DNA of 64,000 nt from a virus. Positions within the stretch are counted from its first letter, which is position 1. Every line of letters starts with the position of its first letter. The stretch lies in IMG/VR virus record IMGVR_UViG_3300048817_000084; one strand, 5' to 3'. This document shows, in pieces, positions 8,501 through 16,484 of this stretch. The notes under the pieces were generated by a model. That model ran no database searches. It had not been told where the DNA came from and saw only the letters and a list, made by a program, of their open reading frames with translations. Made by a program: the position numbers and the translations under genes.

Positions 8501-10013
8501 CCCGTACGTGGTGGATGACGGTTTCGGCAACACCTACGACAATGTGGACTTTGAAGATGTGCCCACTTACTGGGGCGGCTCAGGCCACACCATCACGAAT
8601 AGCCAGATGTCTCTGCCCGCACTGAACTATGGGGACAACAACGATCTCGGGGACCTGTCGGGCGGCAACTCGCAATACTTCACGAATGTCTGGAATGTTC
8701 ACCCGCAGTTTTATAACTGGGGAACCAACTCCAAGTGCGAAGTCTATGCGGGTGGTGGCGGCCCTCCGACACACTGCGGGGCTGGCTTCGCTCAGGGCTA
8801 CACGGGCCATTCGAACGAAGCGAGCATCACTGGGAACAACGTCCACCCCTACGAGAACGCGCTTGGCGGGATGATTCACCCGGGCGAGTGGAACACTAAC
8901 TACTCATTCGACTCAGATCCAATGTCGGCGCAGAACGTGCAAGATCCGACCGAGCCATTCTGGGCAAACTATGCAGCCTGCAACCTTGGCGGTGCCGCCC
9001 TTTGCCGTCCCGAGTCATTCGATGGGTTCAACGGCTCTATCTACATCGGACCGCACCAGAGGCTGGTCGACGGCCCTTATGTCGCTTCCATGGACCTCAA
9101 GACCGTAGCGGCCGGCAGCACAGTTACGATTCAGATTTCAGCCTTTGATTCTGGCACTGGACAATGCTCGTCGGCGGGCAGCATTTCCTCGGGAACTTTT
9201 ACGACTACGACAGCATGGCAACCATTCTCGTTTCCGGTGGACTTCACTGGTCGCGCGGGCTGCATCCTGCAAATTCAGTTCTATAACGCGACCACGACAG
9301 ATCAGCTCAGGGTAGGCTACTTCAATTTCGTGCCTGTGCCTGGACAAGTACTGCTACCCACCGCATCACCGACCATTGGCGCATCGTGCTCAGGACCGAA
9401 TGCCATCATCGGCAGCAATTCATCCGGTCCGCTTTCCTGCGTCGGCGGCCTGGTGGTTGCAGGTAGCGGCGGCGGGTCGATGGTCTACCCTGGCGCCGGA
9501 ATACCCAATTCCACCGGCACGGCGTGGGGCACCAGCTACACGACCACAGGCTCAGGCACGGTAGTTCCGCTGCAGACCAGCCCGACCTTGATCACGCCCA
9601 ACATTGGTGCAGCGACCGGAACTTCGGTCACCCTGACCAATGGAACCTTAAGCGGTATCAACGGTCTTGGTACGGCGGTCTATACTCTGGGCGCGACAGC
9701 GCAGGTGGGAACCGGAGCCACTACACCGACAGCCGTAAGCGGAGTAATCAACGATTCACTGTCAGGCACGCTTACCTTCACCACTGGCACCGGGTCTCTG
9801 GCTGCGGGGACAATCCTAACTATCACCCTTCCGGGCACGCGCGTGAATATTCCAACCTGCCCAATAGAGGTTACTGGCGGCACCACGTTCCTGGGTCCGG
9901 AAGATGTGGCATCGAATACCACTGGCCAAGTCGCGTTGACGGTGACCACGGAAGTGGCTCTGGCTGCCTCGACTGCTTACCGCATAAAGTATGGGGTCTG
10001 CGGTGGTACGTAG
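5526..10013 (+). CDS. giant exported fibre-like protein, family member A (about 1495 aa)
   Basis: The family-typical signal peptide LKKLLGVLILLLCSAPMQG/QNVEG only results from CTG at 5526, which overlaps the upstream TGA. It has the shared N-domain (TSGTGGLQEA), fibre motif PGVDYVIP, a Gly run, a long Thr/Gly/Asn-rich body and a shared C-terminal module. The ORF-track ATG at 5376 lies inside the previous gene. Confidence 0.8.
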   Translation: MKKLLGVLILLLCSAPMQGQNVEGQVIASQYQYKVAGYAPNTYSWPGGTCNASGPLKQFAFWAPPSGAAAPVTIVDGSPALTETVTPTAVLDNNQTCAISIAAVNSHQVPFFIQSGTGGLQEALNQNMTTPATNTVILNSAWYQSVGTANAQAVIAAAKGSIELGLVDVTTVPTSYYSWNGTQYIAVAAGGGASAPATTLVYKGTGGPNGIIPATPGVDYVIPSGSITGNAGTATNVAYTGLTGPVTIWNQNTTGLAATASALAAAGTPCIIGYAGTGVDVHGNSLNCQAIGSGGGGGGPGSALQLGAYLTSGNTVSGAPGLYALQPTTTLLQANAFFAAAPSGTTTAILPQGMAQLPFTNNSVHTKDLRQGADYLQISQFGVVCDGGQTPLTVSLTAGSNLVSVGSLIGAVTDIGKTMTFTVQTGYGYQSPQYSWTPTITAYTYPNFSLSSNAPFNFSGFAQLGTDNSAPNAGNPGGVSNIQNAMNSAGGSPLSIPVGCRMLVAQPIAWNNGQSLIGQQAQFGGFIGGPGQDILQQPDASGQGKATAAGLRVEDVGFTLDSGVDPTGIVGGPWTSYNAAGTPTVHTPLYRPLYQHTPLANQPCAPGWVLNCTNGVASTAQNSSVICVPTALGRVPAVGQTIMFPYFTTIFTATVSSNTGAGCSAGFTGTTLSTALPNTSGYTVAQAEWFTGTAIQSTTTTIPTTITYPLTLTLTLSTAPIPGFESNFAQHGHIKVCGIEADYMGSNSYGPYTAILRRGPATSAGCSGTTVIAPMNPCPAKNLFGSSSDQPWPVIPSINTNDSTPSGANWFPGECGGAAALSFPTANAQTFANTGLTNSFLEHLYFGTTQIQNTNGTQDFYSASNAVPYAVDMGGFNSNGVMFGIMQGAASAGQHYIGPVGPTGTGNHIHDMSFRGAYPLALVDFQQSFIARLDNYSTEISPYDGTAVGATTCLYQGYTLDEQTGSLVTFNAQNQTTVAACEPENGSHIEVNPYVVDDGFGNTYDNVDFEDVPTYWGGSGHTITNSQMSLPALNYGDNNDLGDLSGGNSQYFTNVWNVHPQFYNWGTNSKCEVYAGGGGPPTHCGAGFAQGYTGHSNEASITGNNVHPYENALGGMIHPGEWNTNYSFDSDPMSAQNVQDPTEPFWANYAACNLGGAALCRPESFDGFNGSIYIGPHQRLVDGPYVASMDLKTVAAGSTVTIQISAFDSGTGQCSSAGSISSGTFTTTTAWQPFSFPVDFTGRAGCILQIQFYNATTTDQLRVGYFNFVPVPGQVLLPTASPTIGASCSGPNAIIGSNSSGPLSCVGGLVVAGSGGGSMVYPGAGIPNSTGTAWGTSYTTTGSGTVVPLQTSPTLITPNIGAATGTSVTLTNGTLSGINGLGTAVYTLGATAQVGTGATTPTAVSGVINDSLSGTLTFTTGTGSLAAGTILTITLPGTRVNIPTCPIEVTGGTTFLGPEDVASNTTGQVALTVTTEVALAASTAYRIKYGVCGGT

Positions 10014-12750
10014 ACTGCTGTTTCTGCTCATGATGGTCTTTGGATGCGGCGCAGCACATGCCGCTACCTGCCCCATCGCGTCAGGAACGGCATGGTCTTC
10101 AGTGCAATCGACGGTGAGCGCATGCGGCAGTGGGAACCTCGTGACCTTTGCGGCAGGCACATACACCGCAACCTCAACCCTCAACGTTCCCAGCGGCGTA
10201 TCGCTTGCTGGCCCCACCGTGCCCTTGGCTGCTTACACCAACCCCGACGGCTACATTCACCTCGGATACACCCCCACAGCGACCATCCAAGGCAATCTCG
10301 GTCGCACCTGCCTGGTGACGCTGGCGCCGTCCACTGCAACCGAAAGCATTGAATACATGGGATTCAACGGGGAAACTCCGTCTGCGCTGGGCGGGTGCAG
10401 CATCTATGTGCCGGCGAATCAGCAGAACCTGACTATCACGCGCAATTATCTCTATGGCAACCAGACCGGAGGCGCGAGCGGGACCGGCGATCCGCACGAC
10501 ACGCTGATCGATATGGATGGCGTCAACCCCACCAATAACGACCAGAACATCACCATCACCTGGAACCGTGGTGGGGCTTCTGGCAACTGCTCGAACATCA
10601 TGGGCGTGACCGGTGCGCCCTATCAGGGCGGCAACCCCAGCTCATACGGGGGCTATTGCGCTTTTGTGGGCATTCACCCTGGCGCAACCGATCTGGTGAT
10701 ATCTAACAATACGGTCTATTACCAGGAAGAGGGGATTAAGGACTTCCAGAATCCTGCGTACACCAGCACGATCTTCTGCAACAGCTGCACGATGGACTAC
10801 AACGACTTCAGCTACATCCACAGAATAGCGATTGAGTCGCAAATTAATCCGATCAGCGGAGACGAATATCTCGAATACAACAGCTACCACGACGATTACC
10901 TGGCGAGCTACTACTCGATGGCGCTGTCCCTGGCCAATGGAGGGAGCTACCCCACCCATGGCATAGGAAACCTCTATATCGGCAATCAGGCCTCAAGTTG
11001 GCTGGCTATCGCGCATGAGATGTTTGGCTACAACTCTTCGGCAGTGAACGAAATGTTTCAGGGCGTCTGGAGTGTCGCCATCAGCGCGAACTTTTCAGGG
11101 ACGTTCACGGTTACGAATAACACCTTCTGCGGACCTGGCAGCATAGGCCAAGGTAGCTCGGCCACCATGAACTATGTGCCACTGACCAACGGAGCGTCCA
11201 ACAACATTACCTTCAGCGGCAACACCCCAGGCGCGGCCAATTCAATCAATACTAACGGTACGAGCACCTGCTCAGTGACCGCCAGCACCGCGCCAACGAT
11301 ATACCCACCGGCCGGCGCGCAGAGCTTCCCACTTTCCGTGACCCTGTCCAACCCTGGCACGGGCATCAATTCAAATACGAGCATCTGGTATACCACAGAC
11401 GGCTCGACGCCTGTACCTGGAACCGTCCCGGCGCAGTTCTATACCGGACCATTCACTTTGACAGCAGCAGCGACGGTGAAAACGGTTGGCATGTGGGGTG
11501 CAGCGAACCAGCCGACCACCTACCCATCTGGATATGGATTCGCTCCATCGGCCGTGGTGAGCGCAGCTTATACCGGAGGCGGCACACCGACCGCGGCGAC
11601 CCCGGTAATGAGCCCCACGGCACAGTCGTTTACCGGTACGCTGTCGGTTTCGCTGACCGATTCAACACCCAGCTCAACCATTCACTACACCATCAACGGC
11701 ACCACCCCGACGACCGGCTCTCCGGTTTATTCGACTGCCTTATCTCTGACTGCGACCACAACGGTTCAGGCCCTTGCAGTCGCAGCAGGATACCTAACCA
11801 GCGGAATCTCGAGCAACGCATATACGCTCAACACGCCAACCCTGACGGGCGGTTATCTAGGAAACGTGGGCGGCATCAACACGCTTACGGTGGGTGCTCC
11901 GGCTATCCAGTTCACGGCTACAGGAACATATTCCGATTCAGTGGCGCGCCCCCTGCCTGACTCGTTTGGCAACACGGCCGTCTGGACAAGTTCAAATGGC
12001 ACCATCCTGACGGTTGGCAGCACCGGGCTCGTTTCCTGCGCTGCTACCGGCACAGCAAACGTGCAGGCGACCTCATCTCCGACCAGCATCCCTTTCTCGA
12101 TCTGGACGATGCACTGCGGTGCCGCGCCGACTGTTGCGACTCCAGTATTCAGCCCGCCCACCCAGACTTTTACGGGCACGCAGGCGGTCATCATCACCGA
12201 CGCGACTGCGGGCTCGACGATTTATTACACGACCAACGGGACGACGCCTACCACGGGCTCGACGGTCTACACAGGGACCTTCAATGTGACAGCGACGACC
12301 ATGGTAAAAGCTATCGCTGCAGCCACTGGATATGTCAACAGCGCGGTAGGCACCGCAACTTACACGCTGACCACTGCGACGATCTCCCAGGTGTACCTGA
12401 ATGTCCCGGGAAGCAATTTCCTGAACTATGTGACTGTCCCCAACACGGTCCAGTTTGCGGCCACGATTCAGTATTCAGACGGCGTGCAGCTCACTTCAAC
12501 CGTGGTGGGTGTAGCCAATGCGCGTGGGGATGCGATTTCATCGTGGACTACTTCGGCCAGTGGCGTGGGAACCATCTCGACCAGCGGCGTTATGACTGCG
12601 GTAGCTCTCGGCGTCGCTAACCCCAACGTCACGCACATCCAGGCAATTATCAATGGAACTGTGCCAAGTAGTCCGTGGTACGAGTACGTCTCACAATCTG
12701 CCAGCACTAAGACGCAGGGAACTACGACACAAGGCGTGACCATCCAATGA
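9991..12750 (+). CDS. exported beta-helix protein with 3 chitobiase-C-type and 2 Big_2-like Ig domains (919 aa)
   Basis: Signal peptide MGSAVVRRLLFLLMMVFGCGAAHA/ATC. Three repeats of the type SIWYTTDGSTP / TIHYTINGTTPTTGS / TIYYTTNGTTPTTGS. Two Big_2-like segments (VQFTATGTYSDS..., VQFAATIQYSDG...). Confidence 0.8.
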   Translation: MGSAVVRRLLFLLMMVFGCGAAHAATCPIASGTAWSSVQSTVSACGSGNLVTFAAGTYTATSTLNVPSGVSLAGPTVPLAAYTNPDGYIHLGYTPTATIQGNLGRTCLVTLAPSTATESIEYMGFNGETPSALGGCSIYVPANQQNLTITRNYLYGNQTGGASGTGDPHDTLIDMDGVNPTNNDQNITITWNRGGASGNCSNIMGVTGAPYQGGNPSSYGGYCAFVGIHPGATDLVISNNTVYYQEEGIKDFQNPAYTSTIFCNSCTMDYNDFSYIHRIAIESQINPISGDEYLEYNSYHDDYLASYYSMALSLANGGSYPTHGIGNLYIGNQASSWLAIAHEMFGYNSSAVNEMFQGVWSVAISANFSGTFTVTNNTFCGPGSIGQGSSATMNYVPLTNGASNNITFSGNTPGAANSINTNGTSTCSVTASTAPTIYPPAGAQSFPLSVTLSNPGTGINSNTSIWYTTDGSTPVPGTVPAQFYTGPFTLTAAATVKTVGMWGAANQPTTYPSGYGFAPSAVVSAAYTGGGTPTAATPVMSPTAQSFTGTLSVSLTDSTPSSTIHYTINGTTPTTGSPVYSTALSLTATTTVQALAVAAGYLTSGISSNAYTLNTPTLTGGYLGNVGGINTLTVGAPAIQFTATGTYSDSVARPLPDSFGNTAVWTSSNGTILTVGSTGLVSCAATGTANVQATSSPTSIPFSIWTMHCGAAPTVATPVFSPPTQTFTGTQAVIITDATAGSTIYYTTNGTTPTTGSTVYTGTFNVTATTMVKAIAAATGYVNSAVGTATYTLTTATISQVYLNVPGSNFLNYVTVPNTVQFAATIQYSDGVQLTSTVVGVANARGDAISSWTTSASGVGTISTSGVMTAVALGVANPNVTHIQAIINGTVPSSPWYEYVSQSASTKTQGTTTQGVTIQ

Positions 12751-12760
12751 CAGACGTGAG

Positions 12761-13264
12761 GTGCCCATCCGACCCCAGAAGAGTGACGCTTGGACTGTCG
12801 AATCGGTATATGCACACTTTGCCAGACGCTTCAAGGATATAGAGCGTCTGTATGATGCTCGATTCAAGGCAGACACGCTAATCGGGAAGGCCAACCGCCA
12901 AGCTATAGACATCGCGATTAAGGCCGTAGAGCAGACGGCGACTACCGCGAGGCAATATGGCGAAAAGGCGATAGAAAAAGCCGAAACGGCGAACGATAAG
13001 AGGTGGGACGCCGCGAACGAGATAAAGGCCGCGATGAAGGATCAGCAGGCCACGTTCGCCACCAAGGAAGAAATGGACCAAAGATGCGCGAGCAATGCGG
13101 AGAAAATAGCTGAATTAACCGCGTGGCGCGGCCGGATCGAAGGAAGGGATATGGGCAAGGGAGAGGCCACGACCTCCCACCAGGTAAGCGCCAACTTCAT
13201 CGTGACCATAATCATGGCGCTCATTGCAATCGCTGCCGTGATGGTGGCTATCTTGAAGCATTAA
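12761..13264 (+). CDS. tail-anchored coiled-coil membrane protein (167 aa)
   Basis: GTG start. Charged, helical N-terminal part. Single C-terminal TM (FIVTIIMALIAIAAVMVAIL). Confidence 0.55.
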   Translation: MPIRPQKSDAWTVESVYAHFARRFKDIERLYDARFKADTLIGKANRQAIDIAIKAVEQTATTARQYGEKAIEKAETANDKRWDAANEIKAAMKDQQATFATKEEMDQRCASNAEKIAELTAWRGRIEGRDMGKGEATTSHQVSANFIVTIIMALIAIAAVMVAILKH

Positions 13265-13286
13265 AAATCGTCGAACGGGGGAACGA

Positions 13287-13562
13287 TTGCCACTAAACGA
13301 AGAGAAGGTAACCCTCATGATCAAGCATGAAATTGAGATATATGACAAGAAGCAGGACGCCAGGCATAAGGAAAACTCCTCGCGTCTTGAGGTAATCATT
13401 GCTGAGCAGAGGAACGTCGCCAACGTGCTGGCGAGTGCAAGCGGTGAAGCTATCGGCCGGGCTGCCCACAACAGGATCTTTCTGGCGATCGCTGCCGCGG
13501 TAGGTACGGCACTCATGACAGGAATCATCGAGCTGATAAAGCACGCATGGGGAATGCACTAA
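13287..13562 (+). CDS. tail-anchored membrane protein (91 aa; alternative ATG at 13317)
   Basis: Charged N-terminus and a C-terminal TM (IFLAIAAAVGTALMTGIIELI). Purine-rich RBS-like sequence before both candidate starts. Confidence 0.5.
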   Translation: MPLNEEKVTLMIKHEIEIYDKKQDARHKENSSRLEVIIAEQRNVANVLASASGEAIGRAAHNRIFLAIAAAVGTALMTGIIELIKHAWGMH

Positions 13563-13573
13563 ATGGAGAAGCT

Positions 13574-14155
13574 ATGACAAAGGGATCGTTGATTGAATAT
13601 CAGGCGCTCAAGATCGCCACGCTTGAGCAGGAGATTGAGAAGTATCGCATTGCTATAGCAGCCCAGTTATGGGGGAATAGTGGTGGGTGTGTTGCCAACC
13701 TGCGGTGCGTTGCTGGAGAGTTCGGTATCACCAAGGAAATGGCTTGCTCGCCCGTGGTGGAGATTAACAATTACTCGCACACTCACCAAGAGAAGCGGTT
13801 ACGTGAGGAACTGCATCGCCTGGATGAGTTAATGGCGTTGCATAGCCATGTCACGGGTGTCGATTTCAGGTACCAACGTGAGCTGATTAACGAACTAGAA
13901 GCCCTTACCGGGAAGATTGTTTATTACGCTAACTATCCCGTCAGCAATTGGATGGAGTTTCCAGAGCTCCACCCCGATATCAAGCGGCAGATAGCCAAGG
14001 CCGCGGAGTTTTGGATGGACTTGCCTGACTTCATGTACCCGGAAGGATGGAATGGTGGTACCCCTTCCTGTGTTGGCATTACGCATGCACTGGTCCGGCT
14101 CAAAGCAGAAATCGACCGCGCAGCGCAAGAGCATAAGGGCCTGCGGTCGGCATAA
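13574..14155 (+). CDS. hypothetical cytoplasmic protein (193 aa)
   Basis: ATG at 13574 is preceded by GGAG. The track's start at 13547 would overlap the previous gene. Confidence 0.55.
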   Translation: MTKGSLIEYQALKIATLEQEIEKYRIAIAAQLWGNSGGCVANLRCVAGEFGITKEMACSPVVEINNYSHTHQEKRLREELHRLDELMALHSHVTGVDFRYQRELINELEALTGKIVYYANYPVSNWMEFPELHPDIKRQIAKAAEFWMDLPDFMYPEGWNGGTPSCVGITHALVRLKAEIDRAAQEHKGLRSA

Positions 14156-14661
14156 TGGCCAACCAAGACGTCGCCATCAGCTACGCATTGAGCTTTGAGG
14201 ACAGCAAGCTTACCGGCGTGATCACCACCAATGATGACGGCGTAACCAAAACTCGGTATGGGATCGATCAGCGGTTTCACCAGGATTTGGGTGCCAGCGG
14301 GTTCTTCAAGGATATGGGCTCTATCGCCGCCCTGCAGATAGCTAAGGGCGTGTATGCACAAAGCTACTGCCTGCCGCTGTGCATCACGGAAATTTCCAAC
14401 CAGGACATTGCGAACAAGCTGCTGTCGCTCGGGATCAACATTGGCGTAAAGCCGGTGAGTAAATTCCTGCAAGACGCTGTTGGGGTCACGGAAGACGGCG
14501 TAATCGGCGTGCAGACGCTGATGAAGCTTAGTTCTGCGGACTCGCTGCTGGTGCTCACTGATCTGCGCGCTTCGGCGGAACGATTTTACTACGCGGATGT
14601 GGCCGCAAATCCTGATAAGCAGAAGGATCTTAAGGGATGGCTAGCGAGGGCACGAGCATGA
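14155..14661 (+). CDS. GH108-like muramidase with PG_binding_3-like C-terminus (endolysin-type)
   Basis: TAATG overlap. By eye it aligns to the GH108/PG_binding_3 consensus: SFEDSK...TRYGI, LLSLGINIGVKPVSKFLQDAVGVTEDGVIGVQTLMKL, RFYY...LKGWLARA. Confidence 0.7.
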   Translation: MANQDVAISYALSFEDSKLTGVITTNDDGVTKTRYGIDQRFHQDLGASGFFKDMGSIAALQIAKGVYAQSYCLPLCITEISNQDIANKLLSLGINIGVKPVSKFLQDAVGVTEDGVIGVQTLMKLSSADSLLVLTDLRASAERFYYADVAANPDKQKDLKGWLARARA

Positions 14662-14858
14662 AACAACCAACACACGACGAGATTGAACGCGAAGCCTATT
14701 CCGAATGGGAAACGGCCGGCAGACCGGAAGGCTTCGACCCGCAAACCGGCATGGATGTTTCCGTGGCGATATGGCTGCACTCGGAGAGCCTTCTGCGGGA
14801 GTTGATGAATATCCCACTTGGGCCTGAGACGCGGCCGTCTTACGTGGTGATGCCATGA
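14658..14858 (+). CDS. DUF2934-like small protein (66 aa)
   Basis: ATGA overlap. Motif IEREAYSEWETAGRPEGFD resembles the DUF2934 signature AYxxWxxxGRPxG. Confidence 0.45.
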   Translation: MKQPTHDEIEREAYSEWETAGRPEGFDPQTGMDVSVAIWLHSESLLRELMNIPLGPETRPSYVVMP

Positions 14859-14870
14859 GCGCGGAGCTAG

Positions 14871-14963
14871 GTGGGTAAGGTGGACATCATCATCCTGATC
14901 GTCGGAGTGGCGATGGTCATTGGGATTTCCATGCTCAGCAAAAAGGGAGGACGTAACGGATGA
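14871..14963 (+). CDS. 30-aa single-TM peptide
   Basis: Not in the ORF track. GTG start after GGAG. Translation (M)GKVDIIILIVGVAMVIGISMLSKKGGRNG. Its TGA overlaps the next ATG (ATGA). Confidence 0.35.
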   Translation: MGKVDIIILIVGVAMVIGISMLSKKGGRNG

Positions 14964-15244
14964 ATTGGAAACTATGGTTACAGGGGCTACTGGCGGCGTT
15001 CGTTTCCGCGTTTGCATCCGCGGCGTCGGGGGCGATTGCACTCCCGGCGGTCTTTACTTTCGACAAGGCGGGAGTATTGAACATGATCCGCCTGGCAACG
15101 GTCCCGGCGATGATTGCACTGTTCGCCTATCTCAAACAGTATCCGACACCACAGCTCTCGGCGGTCGTGGATCAGCAGGGCAACGTTAAGGTAGTCGGTA
15201 ACCCCGTGGCTGAGGTCACGGTGACGGGAAAAAAAACACTATGA
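14960..15244 (+). CDS. two-TM membrane protein, holin candidate (94 aa)
   Basis: Hydrophobic helices LLAAFVSAFASAASGAIALPAVF and LATVPAMIALFAYL. Sits in the lysis-type cassette. Ends in an A8 tract. Confidence 0.55.
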   Translation: MNWKLWLQGLLAAFVSAFASAASGAIALPAVFTFDKAGVLNMIRLATVPAMIALFAYLKQYPTPQLSAVVDQQGNVKVVGNPVAEVTVTGKKTL

Positions 15245-15681
15245 GCTTCACATCTGTTCTTGGCAAGGTCGGCACAATCTTCAAAGACTTCTTTACGATC
15301 GCACTGCCGGTCGCAAAGGCAGCCGAACCATATATCGACGTAGCGTTTCCTGGCATGGCAACGCTCTACAACCTTACTGTCACCTTGGTGACGAATGCAG
15401 AAGGTGCCGCCGCCGCCGCAGGAGCCCAGGCCGGTAGCGGGGCGCAAAAGCTGGCTCTGGTCTTAGCTTCACTGCAACCGTATGTCGTTCAACAGCAACA
15501 AGCGTTAGGCATATCAAATCCCACGATCGCGCAGACCACCGCGTACATTAACGCCGTCGTCGCGGCATGGAATGCGTATCAAGCGGTGACCGCCGTCCCT
15601 GCGCCCACCCCTGCACCCGTAATCCCGCCGACCGTCACGACTGTGGGCGGGAGCCAAATGACCGTCACGGAGACGAAATGA
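15241..15681 (+). CDS. LL-H-holin-domain-like protein (146 aa)
   Basis: ATGA overlap. The pattern GSGAQKLALVLASLQPYVVQQQQALGISNPTIAQTTAYINAVVAAWNA is reminiscent of Holin_LLH proteins. Its own N-terminus is only weakly hydrophobic. Confidence 0.5.
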   Translation: MSFTSVLGKVGTIFKDFFTIALPVAKAAEPYIDVAFPGMATLYNLTVTLVTNAEGAAAAAGAQAGSGAQKLALVLASLQPYVVQQQQALGISNPTIAQTTAYINAVVAAWNAYQAVTAVPAPTPAPVIPPTVTTVGGSQMTVTETK

Positions 15682-15932
15682 GCAATACGAAAACTATTCA
15701 AATTACCAACTATGCCCCAGACCGGTTCGCAAGGTTTGAATCCACCGTGGCCGCCAAGGGGCTGAAACTCACTGGGTATTCGGGCGAGGCGCACGACTTC
15801 GGGGCGGATGTGAAATACGTTTACGACGCTGCTACAGAGACGCTGACGCTCACCGTTCTGCACGGGCCACACCTGCACAACTTCGACGCCTTTTGCGCCG
15901 AGCTCGAGGTGTTTGTGGAGAGTCAACAGTAG
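15678..15932 (+). CDS. hypothetical protein (84 aa)
   Basis: ATGA overlap at 15678. Translation begins MSNTKTIQITNYAPDRF. Confidence 0.5.
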   Translation: MSNTKTIQITNYAPDRFARFESTVAAKGLKLTGYSGEAHDFGADVKYVYDAATETLTLTVLHGPHLHNFDAFCAELEVFVESQQ

Positions 15933-15946
15933 GCAAGGAGGAAATC

Positions 15947-16126
15947 ATGGGATCGGCCAATTGGATCGCGAAAGCGACCTCGAAGAACAAGGGAAGCTTC
16001 TCTTCTGCTGCGAAAAAAGCCGGAGAGTCAACCGCTGAATATGCAAGCGAGAAGTCTGGCGCAAAAGGCAAGCTCGGCAAGCGCGCTAGATTAGCGCAAA
16101 CGCTGATGTCGATGAGGAAGAAATAA
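15947..16126 (+). CDS. small basic protein (59 aa)
   Basis: ATG preceded by AAGGAGGAAATC. Translation MGSANWIAKATSKNKGSF...GKRARLAQTLMSMRKK. Confidence 0.55.
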   Translation: MGSANWIAKATSKNKGSFSSAAKKAGESTAEYASEKSGAKGKLGKRARLAQTLMSMRKK

Positions 16127-16127
16127 C

Positions 16128-16484
16128 ATGGCCCACACCAGATTGATTAACCTCAACGGCAGCGCGGGCGCTTTTGTCGCTGTGTCCGCAACTCAGGTAA
16201 CCCGGCGCTTCGACATAATTGAAGACGGCAGCGTTACCGCGCAGGGCATACAAATGCAATTCGCGGATGGAAACACGCCACCGTTTACCACCATCAGGAC
16301 GGTTCTACCGCCGGCCCAGCCAGTTACTCTAGGTACCCCCATTCCATGGGGCCATGGCTATGGCCTGGTGATCGGAACGCCGCCGGATAACTCGGGTGGC
16401 TATGCGATCGCGGCCACACTCTTGTGTAATCTTCGCTCAGCGACTGCGACTGCGACCACCGTCGCCGTCACGGAGTACGATTGA
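16128..16484 (+). CDS. hypothetical beta-rich protein (118 aa)
   Basis: ATG one nucleotide after the upstream TAA. Tight coupling to the next gene. Confidence 0.55.
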   Translation: MAHTRLINLNGSAGAFVAVSATQVTRRFDIIEDGSVTAQGIQMQFADGNTPPFTTIRTVLPPAQPVTLGTPIPWGHGYGLVIGTPPDNSGGYAIAATLLCNLRSATATATTVAVTEYD

